64,000 bases of DNA from Macrostomum hystrix (lineage: Eukaryota; Animalia; Platyhelminthes): the NCBI GenBank assembly GCA_950097015.1, contig CATNEN010000024.1:248001-312000 (forward strand), given 5' to 3'. This document shows, piece by piece, positions 37,101-49,200 of the stretch. A program made the position numbers and the translations under genes. The notes below the pieces were generated by a model. The model saw only the letters and a list, made by a program, of their open reading frames with translations, did no database searches and was not told the DNA's origin. Each line of letters begins with the position of its first letter. Position 1 is the first letter of the stretch.

Positions 37101-40100
37101 CGGATGTACATTCGTAAAGATACAAATTAAAAAACTCTAACTCTAACACAAGTATAAAATGTACATAGCTGCAGAGACGAGATAGGAAAATTTCTAACCC
37201 CCGTATGTACATTGACACAGACGAGAATAGAAAAACTCTCTAACCCTAGAATGTATACTTAAAATTAGAAATTGGTCGAACTTTAAACCTGCGAAAGCTT
37301 TAAGATTTCATGCAGTACACAGTGTCACCTCACACTTCTGAACTCCGCAGCAAAAGCGCTCTTCTGTGCAGCCAAAGATGGTTTCAACTCGTCAGTCAGC
37401 GGCCAGACAGCAGCAGCAAGGCGCCACCCCCTCTACTCGCAAGTCAATGCCTTCTCAAACATCCGGCGGTCACAACCCCGATCCGAACTTCCTGCAGTGC
37501 GTGGTAACTTTCTACACCTCGCCGCAGGTGAAGTTCATTAGCAGCATGGCCTCGGCTGTGGTATTCCTTCTGCTGTTTTCCTATGTGACTCTGGTGACAC
37601 TCAAACACCCGAATGAGGGCACGGAAGAGGAGCCGCAGCCGAGTGTTCTGGAGTTTGTCCTGATTGGTGAACTATCAATTTGTGCATTACATTACTTTGA
37701 TTACATTTAGTCGTTATATACGTAATGTGTATAGATGTGTATGAAATGTACTAGCTCTTATATGGCAAAATAATCTGACCTTCGGCCAGAACTGCTGAAT
37801 ATCTCGACGGTCTAAAGGGCTAGTAACTTGATTCTTGTTTCAGAAGATGCGCAACAAAAACTTGGCCCGCACATGTATTCTTGAGTTTTGTATGCTTGCG
37901 TTGCTCCGTTCGGGTGCAGGACAGAAAATTGTCAGGTGGGAGGGGTAGTTCTACTGTTAAAGTGCAAACAAATATAAGTACAAACGATGTACACCATTTC
38001 AGGCTGGATGGTGAGTCTCATAGCCGAGGAGGTCCGACAAATCTTCGACCGTAACAAGGTTAGCGCCGTCGAAAAGCTGAAGGACTGGTTCGCGCACGCC
38101 TGGGACGTGTTCGACTTCACCCTCAACCTCATGATGATCGCCTGCATTCTGGTTCGCGTGTTTGTAGTTGAAGACTACTTCGTGTGGGTCCGCATGACCT
38201 ACGCGCTGACCCTCACCCTGTTCTACATCCGCTTCATGCAGTTCTATCTCATTCATCAGGCCTTGGGACCGAAGGTTGTCATGGTTACTAGAATGGTGAG
38301 TTGAACCTGAGTTGAACCCTAAAGATGCAGTACTACGAGCGTAAGTTCTGCCAATAATCCAAAAGTTCTATCTCCAAATATTTTACACCCACAATAACCC
38401 TCTTCCGAAATCTAAAGAACATTCCTCAATAGTCACTCCCGTTTAGTGAGTTTTGTTCGAAATCACCCTGCAGATCAACGACATCGTGTTCTTCTTCGCC
38501 ATCCTCGCCGTGTTCCTCCTTGCCTACGGCGTGGCGGCCCAGGCCCTGCTCTATCCGAACAGTCCGCTGTCCTGGAAGCTGCTCAAGGATGTAGTTTACC
38601 TGCCCTACTGGCAGATGTACGGCGAGCTGCAGCTGGACGATATCAAAGGCGACGATGACAAAGTGAGCGGCAGCCCGATGAATGACACGGACGGAGGCGA
38701 GGAAGTGGAGGCGGTGCACAATGCCCTAGTGATTGTGCTGTTCGCCTTCTACATGCTCATCACTAATGTCCTGCTGCTCAACCTGCTGATAGCCATGTTT
38801 GGCCACACTTTCGACCAAGTGCAGGACAGCTCTCACAAGGTGTGGGCCTACTCTCGCTACAAGCTCATCTTCGAGTACCATCACCGACCATTCCTGTGCC
38901 ACCCATTGACTCTGTTGTGCCACATTGGCTCAATGCTCGAGTACCTGTATCGGGCCGCGTGCGGTCGCCACAGTCCTCGATTTAATGCTTTCTGTGAGTG
39001 ACTAATTTAGTGCAGTTCTTTGGCCTTTACGCCCTTGAGTGCCAACCTCCAAGGCACAGTGAGATTGTACACTGCCTGACGATGAGAAAGTCAGGGCGGA
39101 TGTACACAGCTGTGTGTGAGAGTATGCTCACGTGTCAGCGGAACGGTCAACTGTCACCAAAGGAGGTGCCAGTGCTCTATCTCTATCTATTTGCAGGGGG
39201 GCCCGGGACACTTGTCGCACAAGCGACGGAGCGGCACGCCCCCAGACCGGCGAACTAGGCGCTTAGCGCCCATTGCGCCGCCTCCCCTGAGCAGGCACCA
39301 CACACAGCAGCACAGACCAGCCGGGGAGGGCAGGAGGCACCCAGAATAGGCAGCAGTGCCCCCCACCCCAGCCCCACACGCACAGAGCAGACCAAGCCGG
39401 GGCGGAAGGCTGATAAGAAATCAGTCCTCAGGGGGGCCGGGTGATGAGTGTACACTTATCCAATCGGACGGAAGTCCAGAAAGCGCGCGGCGGTGTACAC
39501 CCGCCCCCCAGCCACCCCCCCCCGCAAGGCCTCACGCCCCAGCGCCAACGCACACAACTCACACAACGCAGAACAGGCACACAGAAGGCAGGAGTGAAGC
39601 TATTATTTCAAGCTTTGATTGCACGAAATATGGTGCACCTCCGCCAGTCGCTACTGTCCAAACCCACCAACAAGTCCCGAAATTAATCGTGACTTAAAGG
39701 GAGAATCGAACTAGCGTCCATTGGAGTGCGAGGCAGCGACGCTAGCCGCTGACCCACTCGCCCCCTGGTGCCGGTGCTCACAGACTTCCTGCAAATCGTA
39801 TTAATATTAAAACGTCAGTTTCAAATGTCCAATCAATAACGGCCTTCTAAACATTCCTCCATCACCGCAGTGGTCGAATACGACCCCAGCACAGACCGAA
39901 TGCTCGGCGCCTTCGTGCAGCAGTGCACGGACAAGTACCTGACCGCCAGACGGTCCGAGTACGCCCAGCCCGACGACGAGGAGGACAACTGGCTGCTGGC
40001 GCTGGAACGGCTGGACGATGTGAAATACCAGCTGGAGCACCTGGAGTCCAAGCTAGCCGCCAGTCAGAGACGGAAATCTGCCGGAATAGTTAGGCTTGAC

Positions 40101-40289
40101 CTGTGAGTACTAGTAGTAGTGGAAGTAGTTGTAGTAGTAGTGGAAGTAGTTGTAGTAGTAGTGGAAGTAGTTGTAGTAGTAGTAGTTGTAGTAGTAGTTG
40201 TAGTAGTAGTAGTAGTAGTTGTTGTTGTTGTTGTTGTGGTAGTAGTAGTGGTGGTAGTAGTAGTAGTGGTAGTAGTAGTAGTAGTGGTT

Positions 40290-40339
<50 letters not shown>

Positions 40340-41013
40340 TTTAGTAGTAGTACCCAATTAACAGCTGTGTGAACTAAAGCAATGTGCTGGAGTTGAGTGT
40401 CTTGCTAAAATACACAAACTATTTTATGAAGTGGGGAATCGAACTCCCGATCTCTAAGTCGTGAGTCCGACTCTCTAATCACTAGGCTACAATCCCCGCT
40501 TGGTAGACACTTCCAGTTCTCTAATATTACTGTTAGTAGTAGTTTTCGCACAACATCCATGCTTTGCCAATGCTTGTTCCTCCCAGTGGCAGCAGAAGCA
40601 ACACAAGACTCCAGCTGTCGCTGCCGAAGCGGCAGTCAGCCGATGAGCCGGAAGCGGCCGCAGCTGTCAACGATGACGAAATGGAAGGCGAGACTGCGAC
40701 GACGGCGATGGCGTCGAGCATCCGCGATCTGAGCAGCCGACTGCTGGGCGTCGAGTCTCGGCTTGGCGACCTACTCCGGGCGGTGGAGTCGCTCGGCGGC
40801 TCTTCGTCAGGTCGCCAACGCCGCAGCGGCAGCAGCCGGAAGTCCGGCAGTAAGCGGAAGTCGCGTCAAAATCCTGCCGACGAGGCTGACGAGACACCGG
40901 GGACAGCGTCAGCGGCGATGGCTGCCGCCGAAGCGTTGGATGCAATGTCCGCAGACCAGCAGAATGAAAGCAGAGAAAAAAATCACAACGGGTCTGAGAT
41001 TAAAAATTTGTAA
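31196..41013 (+). CDS. TRPM: TRPM (melastatin) cation channel, about 1374 aa, with no NUDT9H or alpha-kinase domain
   Basis: Phase-consistent exons 31196-31285, 31503-31588, 32779-33218, 33539-33708, 34024-34418, 35104-35551, (35653-35688 optional), 36003-36248, 36327-36788, 37351-37666, 38003-38295, 38474-38993, 39871-40102, 40587-41013; 4125 nt without the optional exon. Motifs RFRKRECCQFVP, CYCNR, PELIVSVTGG, WIVTGG, LEPHHTHFLLCDDG, VVVKGSGRAA, LAMAWNRPD, LLLWAI, FYTSPQVKF, LGPKVVM, YWQMYGEL, NVLLLNLLIAMF, TRP box VWAYSRY, C-terminal coiled coil. The first exon and two acceptor choices (36003 vs 36033, 37351 vs 37372) are less certain. Confidence 0.95.
31655..32779 (+). repeat. 23-bp minisatellite (AACCAATGAGTCACTCTCCCAGT)n with a 21-bp sub-array, TRPM intron 2; the last unit is the real acceptor
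   Basis: Visible tandem units; the terminal unit 32757-32779 is 18/23 identical to the consensus and contains the used AG. Confidence 0.95.
34642..34943 (-). mobile_element. SINE family 1, near full-length copy in a TRPM intron
   Basis: Reverse complement has A box TAGCCTAGTGG, B box GGTTCGATTCC, the CORE-like body and an (ATT)n tail. Confidence 0.9.
35728..35932 (+). repeat. 35-bp minisatellite (CATTCCTCAATAATCACTCACCTGAAGTTAAAGAA) x ~6, TRPM intron
   Basis: Period checked at 35762/35797. Confidence 0.93.
36940..37255 (+). repeat. Degenerate repeat of about 50-60 bp (AAAACTCTCTATCC..CAGATGTACATTGC.GCAGAGAAGAAATAGG), TRPM intron
   Basis: Three near-identical units followed by more diverged ones. 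Confidence 0.8.
39025..39145 (+). mobile_element. SINE family 2 internal fragment in a TRPM intron
   Basis: Reverse complement matches the body at 51720-51800 (GCTGAC..TGAGCA.AC.CTCAC...GTGTACATC.GC.CTGACTTTCTCATC.TCAGGCA.TGTACA.TCTCACTGTG). Confidence 0.75.
40107..40352 (+). repeat. (GTA)n/(GTT)n trinucleotide microsatellite starting at the TRPM donor site
   Basis: Directly visible; source of the spurious poly-Val, poly-Thr and poly-Ser ORFs. Confidence 0.97.
40350..40497 (-). mobile_element. SINE family 1, diverged 5' half, abutting the (GTA)n tract
   Basis: Homologous to 34800-34943; breaks at GTACCC where the microsatellite begins. Confidence 0.8.
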
Positions 41014-42095
41014 TTTCCTTTTTTACCTCAAAATAGTGTGATTGTGGATAATTTATGGTGCTGCGAAATTCCTTATTATCATTCCGTATTACTGTATTTT
41101 TCGGTGTCCGCAATTGCAGGCAACACAGCAGGTTTATTGTTGAGTTCAATGCTTCTGAGTTCAAAGAACATTGAATTTGTTCATTTAATTCATTGTCGAT
41201 AAAGTTAATGGTCTTCGTTCATTCGAAAAAAAGCAATTAGGGATATTAAATGCGTAAATTTAATAAACATGCATCCGGAAAAGCTAGAAAACTACAATCA
41301 TAGTACTTCAAGAACGCAAGGAAATTAATGAGATTTTTTAAAACTTCGAGTGTGTTATTTACTACAAGAATTACGGGATAATTTTTTAACGTCCATGTGC
41401 CCTCCATTTAAATAATCTAAATAATTTAAATTAACTAACTAACACGTTATCCAGCTGCTTCTATTTTTATAATATCTTGTCGGACCAAGTGTTATGTGTG
41501 AGGCAGCGTGGCCAAATGAAGAACGGAGCACTGAATTAGAAGGTTGGAAAAACGTGAGCCCTCCAAAGGCCTGTGCGCACTAATATATAATTTAGCCAGT
41601 CAGAGTTAACAACAACCCCCCCGTCCCGGCCTAGACCGGTTCGGACAGACCGACCCCCCAGCCAATCAAAACGCGTCACGCGCACTCTAAGGCAAGCCGC
41701 ATACACAACACCAAGCATCGCCAACCCCAGCTCCAGTCACGTGACTGTTATAAAGCCAATCAAGTTCGAAGACGGTTTTATCATCTAGGCCCGAGTGAAT
41801 AGCGAACAGCGAATAGTAAATCCTACACTGTTAAATAAGTGGTTAATTTTCTAGCTTGAAAAAAATCATATTTCATTTTTTGACAATTTCTTCAATGGAA
41901 GTACAAATCAAATTCAATAAAACTTCATTCTAAAGTACAAGTTTACCGTATTACTTCTTTCAAAACTGCTGGAATTGCAGTAAAAATGTACTCTATTATA
42001 TATTTATTTCGTAATTCAATAATTAATTAAATGTAATTGCATGTTTTATATCGGTATAAAAAGTACATGGGAGAATGTAAATACATTTACATACT

Positions 42096-42403
42096 ATAAT
42101 AATAATAATTGATTACACCTGCCCCAATTGGGTCAGATGTGCAGCCGACAGCACAGCCGCAGCAAATGCGCGGCGCATCTGAAGGCTGCGTACAGCTGTT
42201 CAGTCCACGGACTGGGGGGACGCCACACCCACCTTCAATTATCCCAGCTGATGCTGGTACCCATTTAACAGCTGGGTGAACTGAAGCAATGCAGAGTTAA
42301 GTGTCTTGCTAAAGGACGCAAATTGTTCCAGTGGAGTCGGGAATCGAACCCCCGACCTTCAAGTCGTGAGTCCGACGCCCTAACCACTAGGCTACAACCT
42401 CTG
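42096..42403 (-). mobile_element. SINE family 1, full-length intergenic copy with a possible TSD
   Basis: A and B boxes, body and (ATT)n tail; TACTATAA at 42092-42099 and 42407-42414 may be the target-site duplication. Confidence 0.9.
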
Positions 42404-42680
42404 CTGTACTATAACAACTGGCGCATTTTCTCTGGGATATACACTTTTTAATTTGGGAATACTTTTGCCGCTGTGTGTTCTCATGCGAGAGAAACAGAAT
42501 GGCAGAGCTTAATTAGAAAGTCGGATTTAATAGAACAAGACCAGAATCATTGGATTATTGACTGCACGATGTCTGCTCTGCTGATACTGCAGCGTGTTTT
42601 ATAGGCACGCGCAAGAGCCTATGGACACACTTTACTCATCAACTCGTGAACTTATTAGCTCAGCAAGTCATGAACTTTTT

Positions 42681-43200
42681 GATGAACTCATATAATGAAC
42701 TCACTTATGAACACTCTCATGAACTCACTCATGAACTCATTTAATGAACTCACTCATGAACTCATATAATGAACTCACTCATGAACACATATAATGAACT
42801 CATATAATGAACTCACTCATGAACTCATATAATGAACTCACTCATGAACTCATATAATGAACTCACTCATGAACTCATTTAATGAACTCACTCATGAACT
42901 CATATAATGAACTCATATAATGAACTCACTCATGAACTCATATAATGAACTCACTCATGAACTCATATAATGAACTCACTCATGAACTCATATAATGAAC
43001 TCACTCATGAACTCATAAATGAACTCACTCATGAACTCATATAATGAACTCATATAATGAACTCATAAATGAACTCACTCATGAACTCATATAATGAACT
43101 CACTCATGAACTCATATAATGAACTCATATAATGAACTCACTCATGAACTCATATAATGAACTCACTCATAAACTCACAAATGAACTCACACATGAACTC
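42681..43200 (+). repeat. 12/13/25-bp minisatellite (ATGAACTCACTC/ATGAACTCATATA)n just 3' of the cyclase B stop
   Basis: Directly visible. Confidence 0.95.
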
Positions 43201-43263
43201 AATCATTAAAAATCATAAAATCTTAAAAAACTGCAAGCGTGTCCCACAAGTTGAGATTCGAAG

Positions 43264-46200
43264 TCAAAGCAGCCGGCAGACTCGGGTTTCAATTGGCTGG
43301 CCTCCAGCAGGTGGCTTGCTGATTCCGTTCTGCTTTTCTGGCCCGTTGACAACCTCGGTGACTGTCGCGGGGGGCTTGTTCTCGTCCCAGGTCTGCACAT
43401 TCTTCCAGGCGGCCGCCGTCTCCCTGGCGGCGCTGCAGTCGGTGCCGGCAGGGCCCAGCAGGAAGTAGGTGCGCATCTCGCCCTTGCCCTTGACGTAGAT
43501 CTTGCCCCTGGGCTCAGTCACGTGACTGTCCTTGACCAGGCTGCGGTTTGCAGGCGGGTGGGAGCCAATTGCAGTTTTTTTCCAGTTAAATACTGGGCAG
43601 ATGATTCAAGGAAAAGCAAACAATAGTGAAAAAAAATTAGGGAGCGCATTGGTAGGGAGATGATTGTTGGGAGAGGATTGTTGGGAGAGGATTGTAGGGA
43701 GAGGATTGTAGGGAGTGGATTGTAGGGAGAGATTGTATGGAGAGATTGTAGCGAGTGGATTGTAGGGAGAGGATTGTAGGGAGTGGACAGTAGGGAGTGG
43801 GCTGTAGAAAGTGTAAAACATCGCAAAGTGTCATGTGATGTGACAGTTTTATAAATGACTGATTGCATCCAATCCTATACAAAAATAAAAAAACCAATCA
43901 TTTTCTGTCTACGGACAAGAAAATTGATAATCGCATAGGGGTAAATGAGCTACATCTCCCAGACCAATCAGCTCACAGGTAGCTACATCTCCCAGACCAA
44001 TCAGCTCACAGGTAGCTACATCCACCCCAGACCAATCAGCTCACAGGTAGCTACATCCACCCCAGACCAATCAGCTCACAGGTAGCTACATTCACCCCAG
44101 ACCAATCAGCTCACAGGTAGCTGGGCTCGGACATGTGCACGAGTCCCGGGCAGCCGTGCGACTCCATCCTGGAGGCCGTGTTGACGGTGTCGCCGAACAG
44201 GCAGAAGCGGGGCATCTTCTCGCCCACCACGCCAGTCACAACAGGCCCCGAGTGCATGCCTACGCGGATCTGCAGGAAATTGAAAAACGTAGTCTGGAAA
44301 GTATTGCGTGGCAACTAAAAGAAAGCGTGACCGGCTTTGATTGTAAGCTTGAAGATTTTCAGTCTCTGATGACACTAATTAGCTAAAAGGTAATGAATAA
44401 TGCAACTCTAATTAAATAGTTGAAGAAATTTGCTTCCTGAGGCAGCTTCCACTAAAAATAGACATTTTCAAAGGCTTCGTCTGTTTCTGGGTACGACCTT
44501 CAATGAGCTTAGTCGATAATAGCTCGCAATATAGCTATTGGCCTAACTGCTTTACTGCAATATTTGTGTAGCAAATTATAGTTACAAGTTTTTTTAACCA
44601 CAAAAATTGTTGAAAGCGCGGAAAAACAGGTACTCTTACAAAAAATGATAGAAAGAAAAAAGACTGAAGCGAGTTGGACTGAAGACAGAAGGACTGAAGA
44701 CAGAAGGACTGAAGACAGAAGGACTGAAGACAGAAGGACTGAAGACAGAAGGACTGAAGACAGAAGGACTGAAGACAGAAGGACTGAAGACAGAAGGACT
44801 GAAGACAGAAGGACTGAAGACAGAAGGACTAAAGACAGAAGGACTGAAGGACGCGAGAAGGGACTCACGGATATCCCAGACCGATGGTCCCCTTACCCAT
44901 CGGGCGACTAACCTGGATGCCTTCCTCGCAGCCGGGCGCGCGCACCAGCCTCGAGCTGGCCAGCATGTCCAGGCCCTGGTCGGCCACCCGCTGCGCGTGA
45001 TCGTCCAGCCTGTCCGGACAGCCGCCCACAACCATGTAGGCATCACCGATTGTCTCCACCTGGGCCGTGTGAGGTTCCGGGTCTCTCTTGATTTCGTTTG
45101 ATTAATCGTGCAACAACTCCTCTCTAAAGTCAGCTGGTAGCTCGTTATCAATAGAAAATATGATAATTAAACAGGTGTAAAGTGTTTCCAACTGTGACCT
45201 TGACAATTTAACCACGCGAATCATGCGTTATAGTCCGAATTTATAGTGCATCGTGCGTGACCTTGAGAACTGAACCACGCGAATCATGCGTGATAGTCTG
45301 AATTTAAAGTGCTTCGTGCGTGACCTTGAGGAGTGAACCACGCGAATCATGCGTGATAGTCCGAATTTATAGTGCTTCGTGCGTGACCTTGAGAATTGAA
45401 TCACGCTTAATGTTCAAAGTCCAGGGACGGCTATTTTTCACTTCAAAGCAAAACATTTTGAATTGCACCCTATTGGTGGATCACCTTGTACACCTGGTGC
45501 ACCTCAGTGTGCTGGTCGAATAGCGTGAAGACGCTGTTTAGCATGGTGATGACAGCCTCTGGCGGGCTGCCGGAGCAAATGTCGGTGAAGCCGACAATGT
45601 CTGAGAAGAGCACAGTCACCATCGAGTACTTCTCAGCATCGACTCGTTCTCCGTTGCGCAACGACTCGGCGACTCGCTTCGGCAGCATCTGGTAGAGAAG
45701 GTTGTCCGTCTTCTGCTTCTCCTCTTCCAGAGCCAGCGTCATCTTGAACAGCTGCGTCGTGGCCTCGTTCAGCTTCTGGCTGAAGGGACAAAACCGAACG
45801 ATGCTGCGAGTAAGATTAGATCAATTATGAATTTCTGACCGGAAGGTCGGAAGTTCGAATCTCAGCCCAAAGAATGCAATTTTTTTCTTGCAATAATAAC
45901 AATTGATCAAACCTGCCCCAATTGGGCCAGACGTGCATCTGAAGACTGCGTATGGCGTTCAACCCATGGACTGGGGGACGCCACACCCACCCTCAATTAC
46001 CCCAGCTAATGCGGGTACCCACTCAACAGCTGGGTTAACTGAAGCAATGAAGGGTTAAGTGTCCTGCTAAAGGACACAAACTGTTCCAGCGGATTCGGAA
46101 TTCGAACCCCCGACCTTCAAGTCGTGAGTCCGACGCCTCTAACCACAAGGCGACAATCTCTTCCTTGTCCTTGTGTAAGATACTTAATACCCCATAAATT

Positions 46201-49200
46201 CAGTCTCCCCAGTCCATGGACTAAACAGATGTACACAGCGTTTGGATGCGCTGCACAATAGCTGCGGCTGTGTGACTGCTGTACAATGAAAAAAACAAAA
46301 AATAAGAAAGAGTTTTTCAAACTTATTACTTAATAGTGTGGTCCGCCTTCTGCTGCTGGTTGATGGTGATGAGCTCGCGTGTCACATCGAACAGCGGAAT
46401 GTCGGACATGTACAAGCTGTCCTGCTGCATCTGGTCCAGGTTGGCCACGCGCAGGGAGCCGAGGAACACCAGCAGGCCCTGCTCCGGCAGGTGACGCATC
46501 TGGCCTGGAGACCGGGGAAGACGTGTTGAAAGTCATCTCTATGCTCTAGGTTGATCTATTTCTAACTGATAATAAGATGAGACCTCGAAGGTATTTCAAA
46601 TACGTCGTACCAAATATGGATTCGCCATAGACGTTTCTTATACAGAGCAATGTTAGTTGTCCTTTTCACCAGGGTCTTCGACCATGCAGTCATTCCAGGG
46701 TCTTCGACCCGCAGGCAGGGAGCAGGCACTGGCGCTCATTCTAGTGAACCTTGAGGACACACAGACGATTATGAGAGAACGCAGACACACTCAATCAAGA
46801 GTCTTCAAATCCGAACTATCGTTCCAAACACAGGATGCGAATCTACAGAAATTCGCGTCTGTTTCTCACCCTTCACCCGCAGCTCCTTCGGCGCCGCGTC
46901 GTCATTGCCACCCGGGCCGTCCAGCCGGCGGAAGGCCAGCGTGAAGGCGGAGTTGATGAAGCGCAGAATCTCGGCGAACTCGGCGCCCACCAGCGGATTG
47001 GCGATGCTGAACGCGTCGGAGAAGGCGGCGCCGGGCCGGATTCCGTAATTGAACTGGCGCAGCTTCCGGCCGCACTGCACAATGTTCATCTGCCGGTCCA
47101 GTACCAGGTGATACGGCAGCAGGCTGGTCAGCTGGGCGTTGCTTAGCAACGGCTGCGGCCCGGCGCACTCGGCCATGATGGATTCCGAGTCATCCAGGGC
47201 TGCACTCCTCCTCGGTGGAGCAGTTCTCGACGGCGAATCGCCGACAACGCGAATCTCGAGACAGACCTGCTCCACATATGCTGTGCCATCGAGGAATTCG
47301 TTGCCAACTTGCTTAGCAACAATGTCCACTTCCTGGCTGTAGATCTGGGCGGCCACCGACTTGAGAATTCCTGTGGGATGTTTTTCCGTGTACTAACGAG
47401 CTAAAATAGGATTTTATGGTCATCTAACTTCTCAGACGAGTACAGGCCCAATAGGAATTTCAATGGATAATGGATGAATGGATAAGAATGAGATCATCAG
47501 TTCAAGGACAAGGAGATCATCAGTTCAAGGACAAGGAGATCATCAGTTCAAGGACAAGGAGATCATCAGTTCAAGGACAAGGAGATCATCAGTTCAAGGA
47601 CAAGGAGATCATCAGTTCAAGGACAAGGAGATCATCAGTTCAAGGACAAGGAGATCATCAGTTCAAGGACAAGGAGATCATGAGTTGTAGGACCAGGAGA
47701 TTATCAGTTGAAGGACAAGGAGATCATCAGTTGCAAAGGATCAGAAAATCATCAGTTGAAGGACCAGGAGATTATCAGTTGAAGGACAAGGAGATCATCA
47801 GTTGCAAAGGATCAGAAAATCATCAGTTGAAGGACAAGGAGATCATCAGTTGAAGGACAAGGAGATCATCAGTTGAAGGACAAGGAGATGATCAGTTGAA
47901 GGACAAGGAGATCATCAGTTGAAGGACAAGGAGATGATCAGTTGAAGGACAAGGAGATCATCAGTTGAAGGACAAGGAGATGATCAGTTGAAGGACAAGG
48001 AGATCATCAATTGAAGGACAAGGAGATGATCAGTTGAAGGCCAAGGAGATCATCAGTTGAAGGACAAGGAGATCATCAGTTGAAGGACAAGGAGATCATC
48101 AGTTGAAGGATAAGGAGATGATCAGTTGAAGGACAAGGAGATCATCAGATGATGGACAAGGAGATGATCAGTTGAAGGACAAGGAGATCATCAGATGATG
48201 GACAAGGAGATCATCAGTTGAAGGACAAGGAGATCATCAGTTGAAGGATAAGGAGATCATCAGTTGAAGGACAAGGAGATCATCAGATGATGGACAAGGA
48301 GATCATCAGTTGAAGGACAAGGAGATCATCAGTTGAAGGACAAGGAGATCATCAGTTGAAGGATAAGAAGATGATCAATTGAAGGACAAGGAGATCATCA
48401 GTTGAACGACAAAGAGATCATCAGTTGAAGGACAAGGAGATCATCAGTTGAAGGACAAGGAGATCATCAGTTGAAGGACCAGAAGATCATCGGTTGAAGG
48501 TGCGGGAGACAATAGCGAACAATACCACACCGCAATGACCTAGACACCACACATTCCATTGTGTTCCGAGCTCCAACTCATATGACAATTAAAATAAATA
48601 ACTGTAGGCTTGTCTAACCGATAGCCACAGGAAAAAGTCCGCTGCGAGTGCTGCTGTAAGTCACAGTGATGACCGAATCATTACATTCAGCTCTGAAAGA
48701 TGAAATGAAGGTTATGCGGCTTTCCGGCCAAAACGATGTTGTCTATGGTGACAGATGCAATAACTGCAGCTCACAGAAATGATGGCGGCACCATCTCAGT
48801 GTAGGTGAGCTGCAGCAGGTTGTGAAGCGAGTCCAGATTCTCAATGAAGGTGGCCAGGTCATCGCCCAGTGAGCGAATCATCGGGGCAAAGTTCATGCGC
48901 ACCAGATAGCTAAAGAAATACTGTCCGAACTGCTCAAGCATGACTGGCATGTCCAGGTCTGCATGGACGTGACGTATTATGGGTTGGCTTATGCTTTTTT
49001 TACAAAAACATGCCGTCACAAGTCCTGCCTCTGCCTGTCTCTTCCAATGTCCACCAGGCTCTACCTGTTTCTACCCGTCCCTACCTGTCTCTACCTAATT
49101 CTAGGTATCTTTACTTGCCTCTACCTGTCTCTACCTAATTCTAGGTATCTTTACTTGCCTCTACCTGTCTCTACCTAATTCTAGGTATCTTTACTTGCCT

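Noticed and set aside
40064-40372. Poly-Val, poly-Thr and poly-Ser ORFs
   Set aside because: Translation of a (GTA)n microsatellite.
32745-47342. Antisense and alternate-frame ORFs overlapping TRPM and cyclase exons
   Set aside because: Expected shadows of GC-rich coding exons with strong codon bias.
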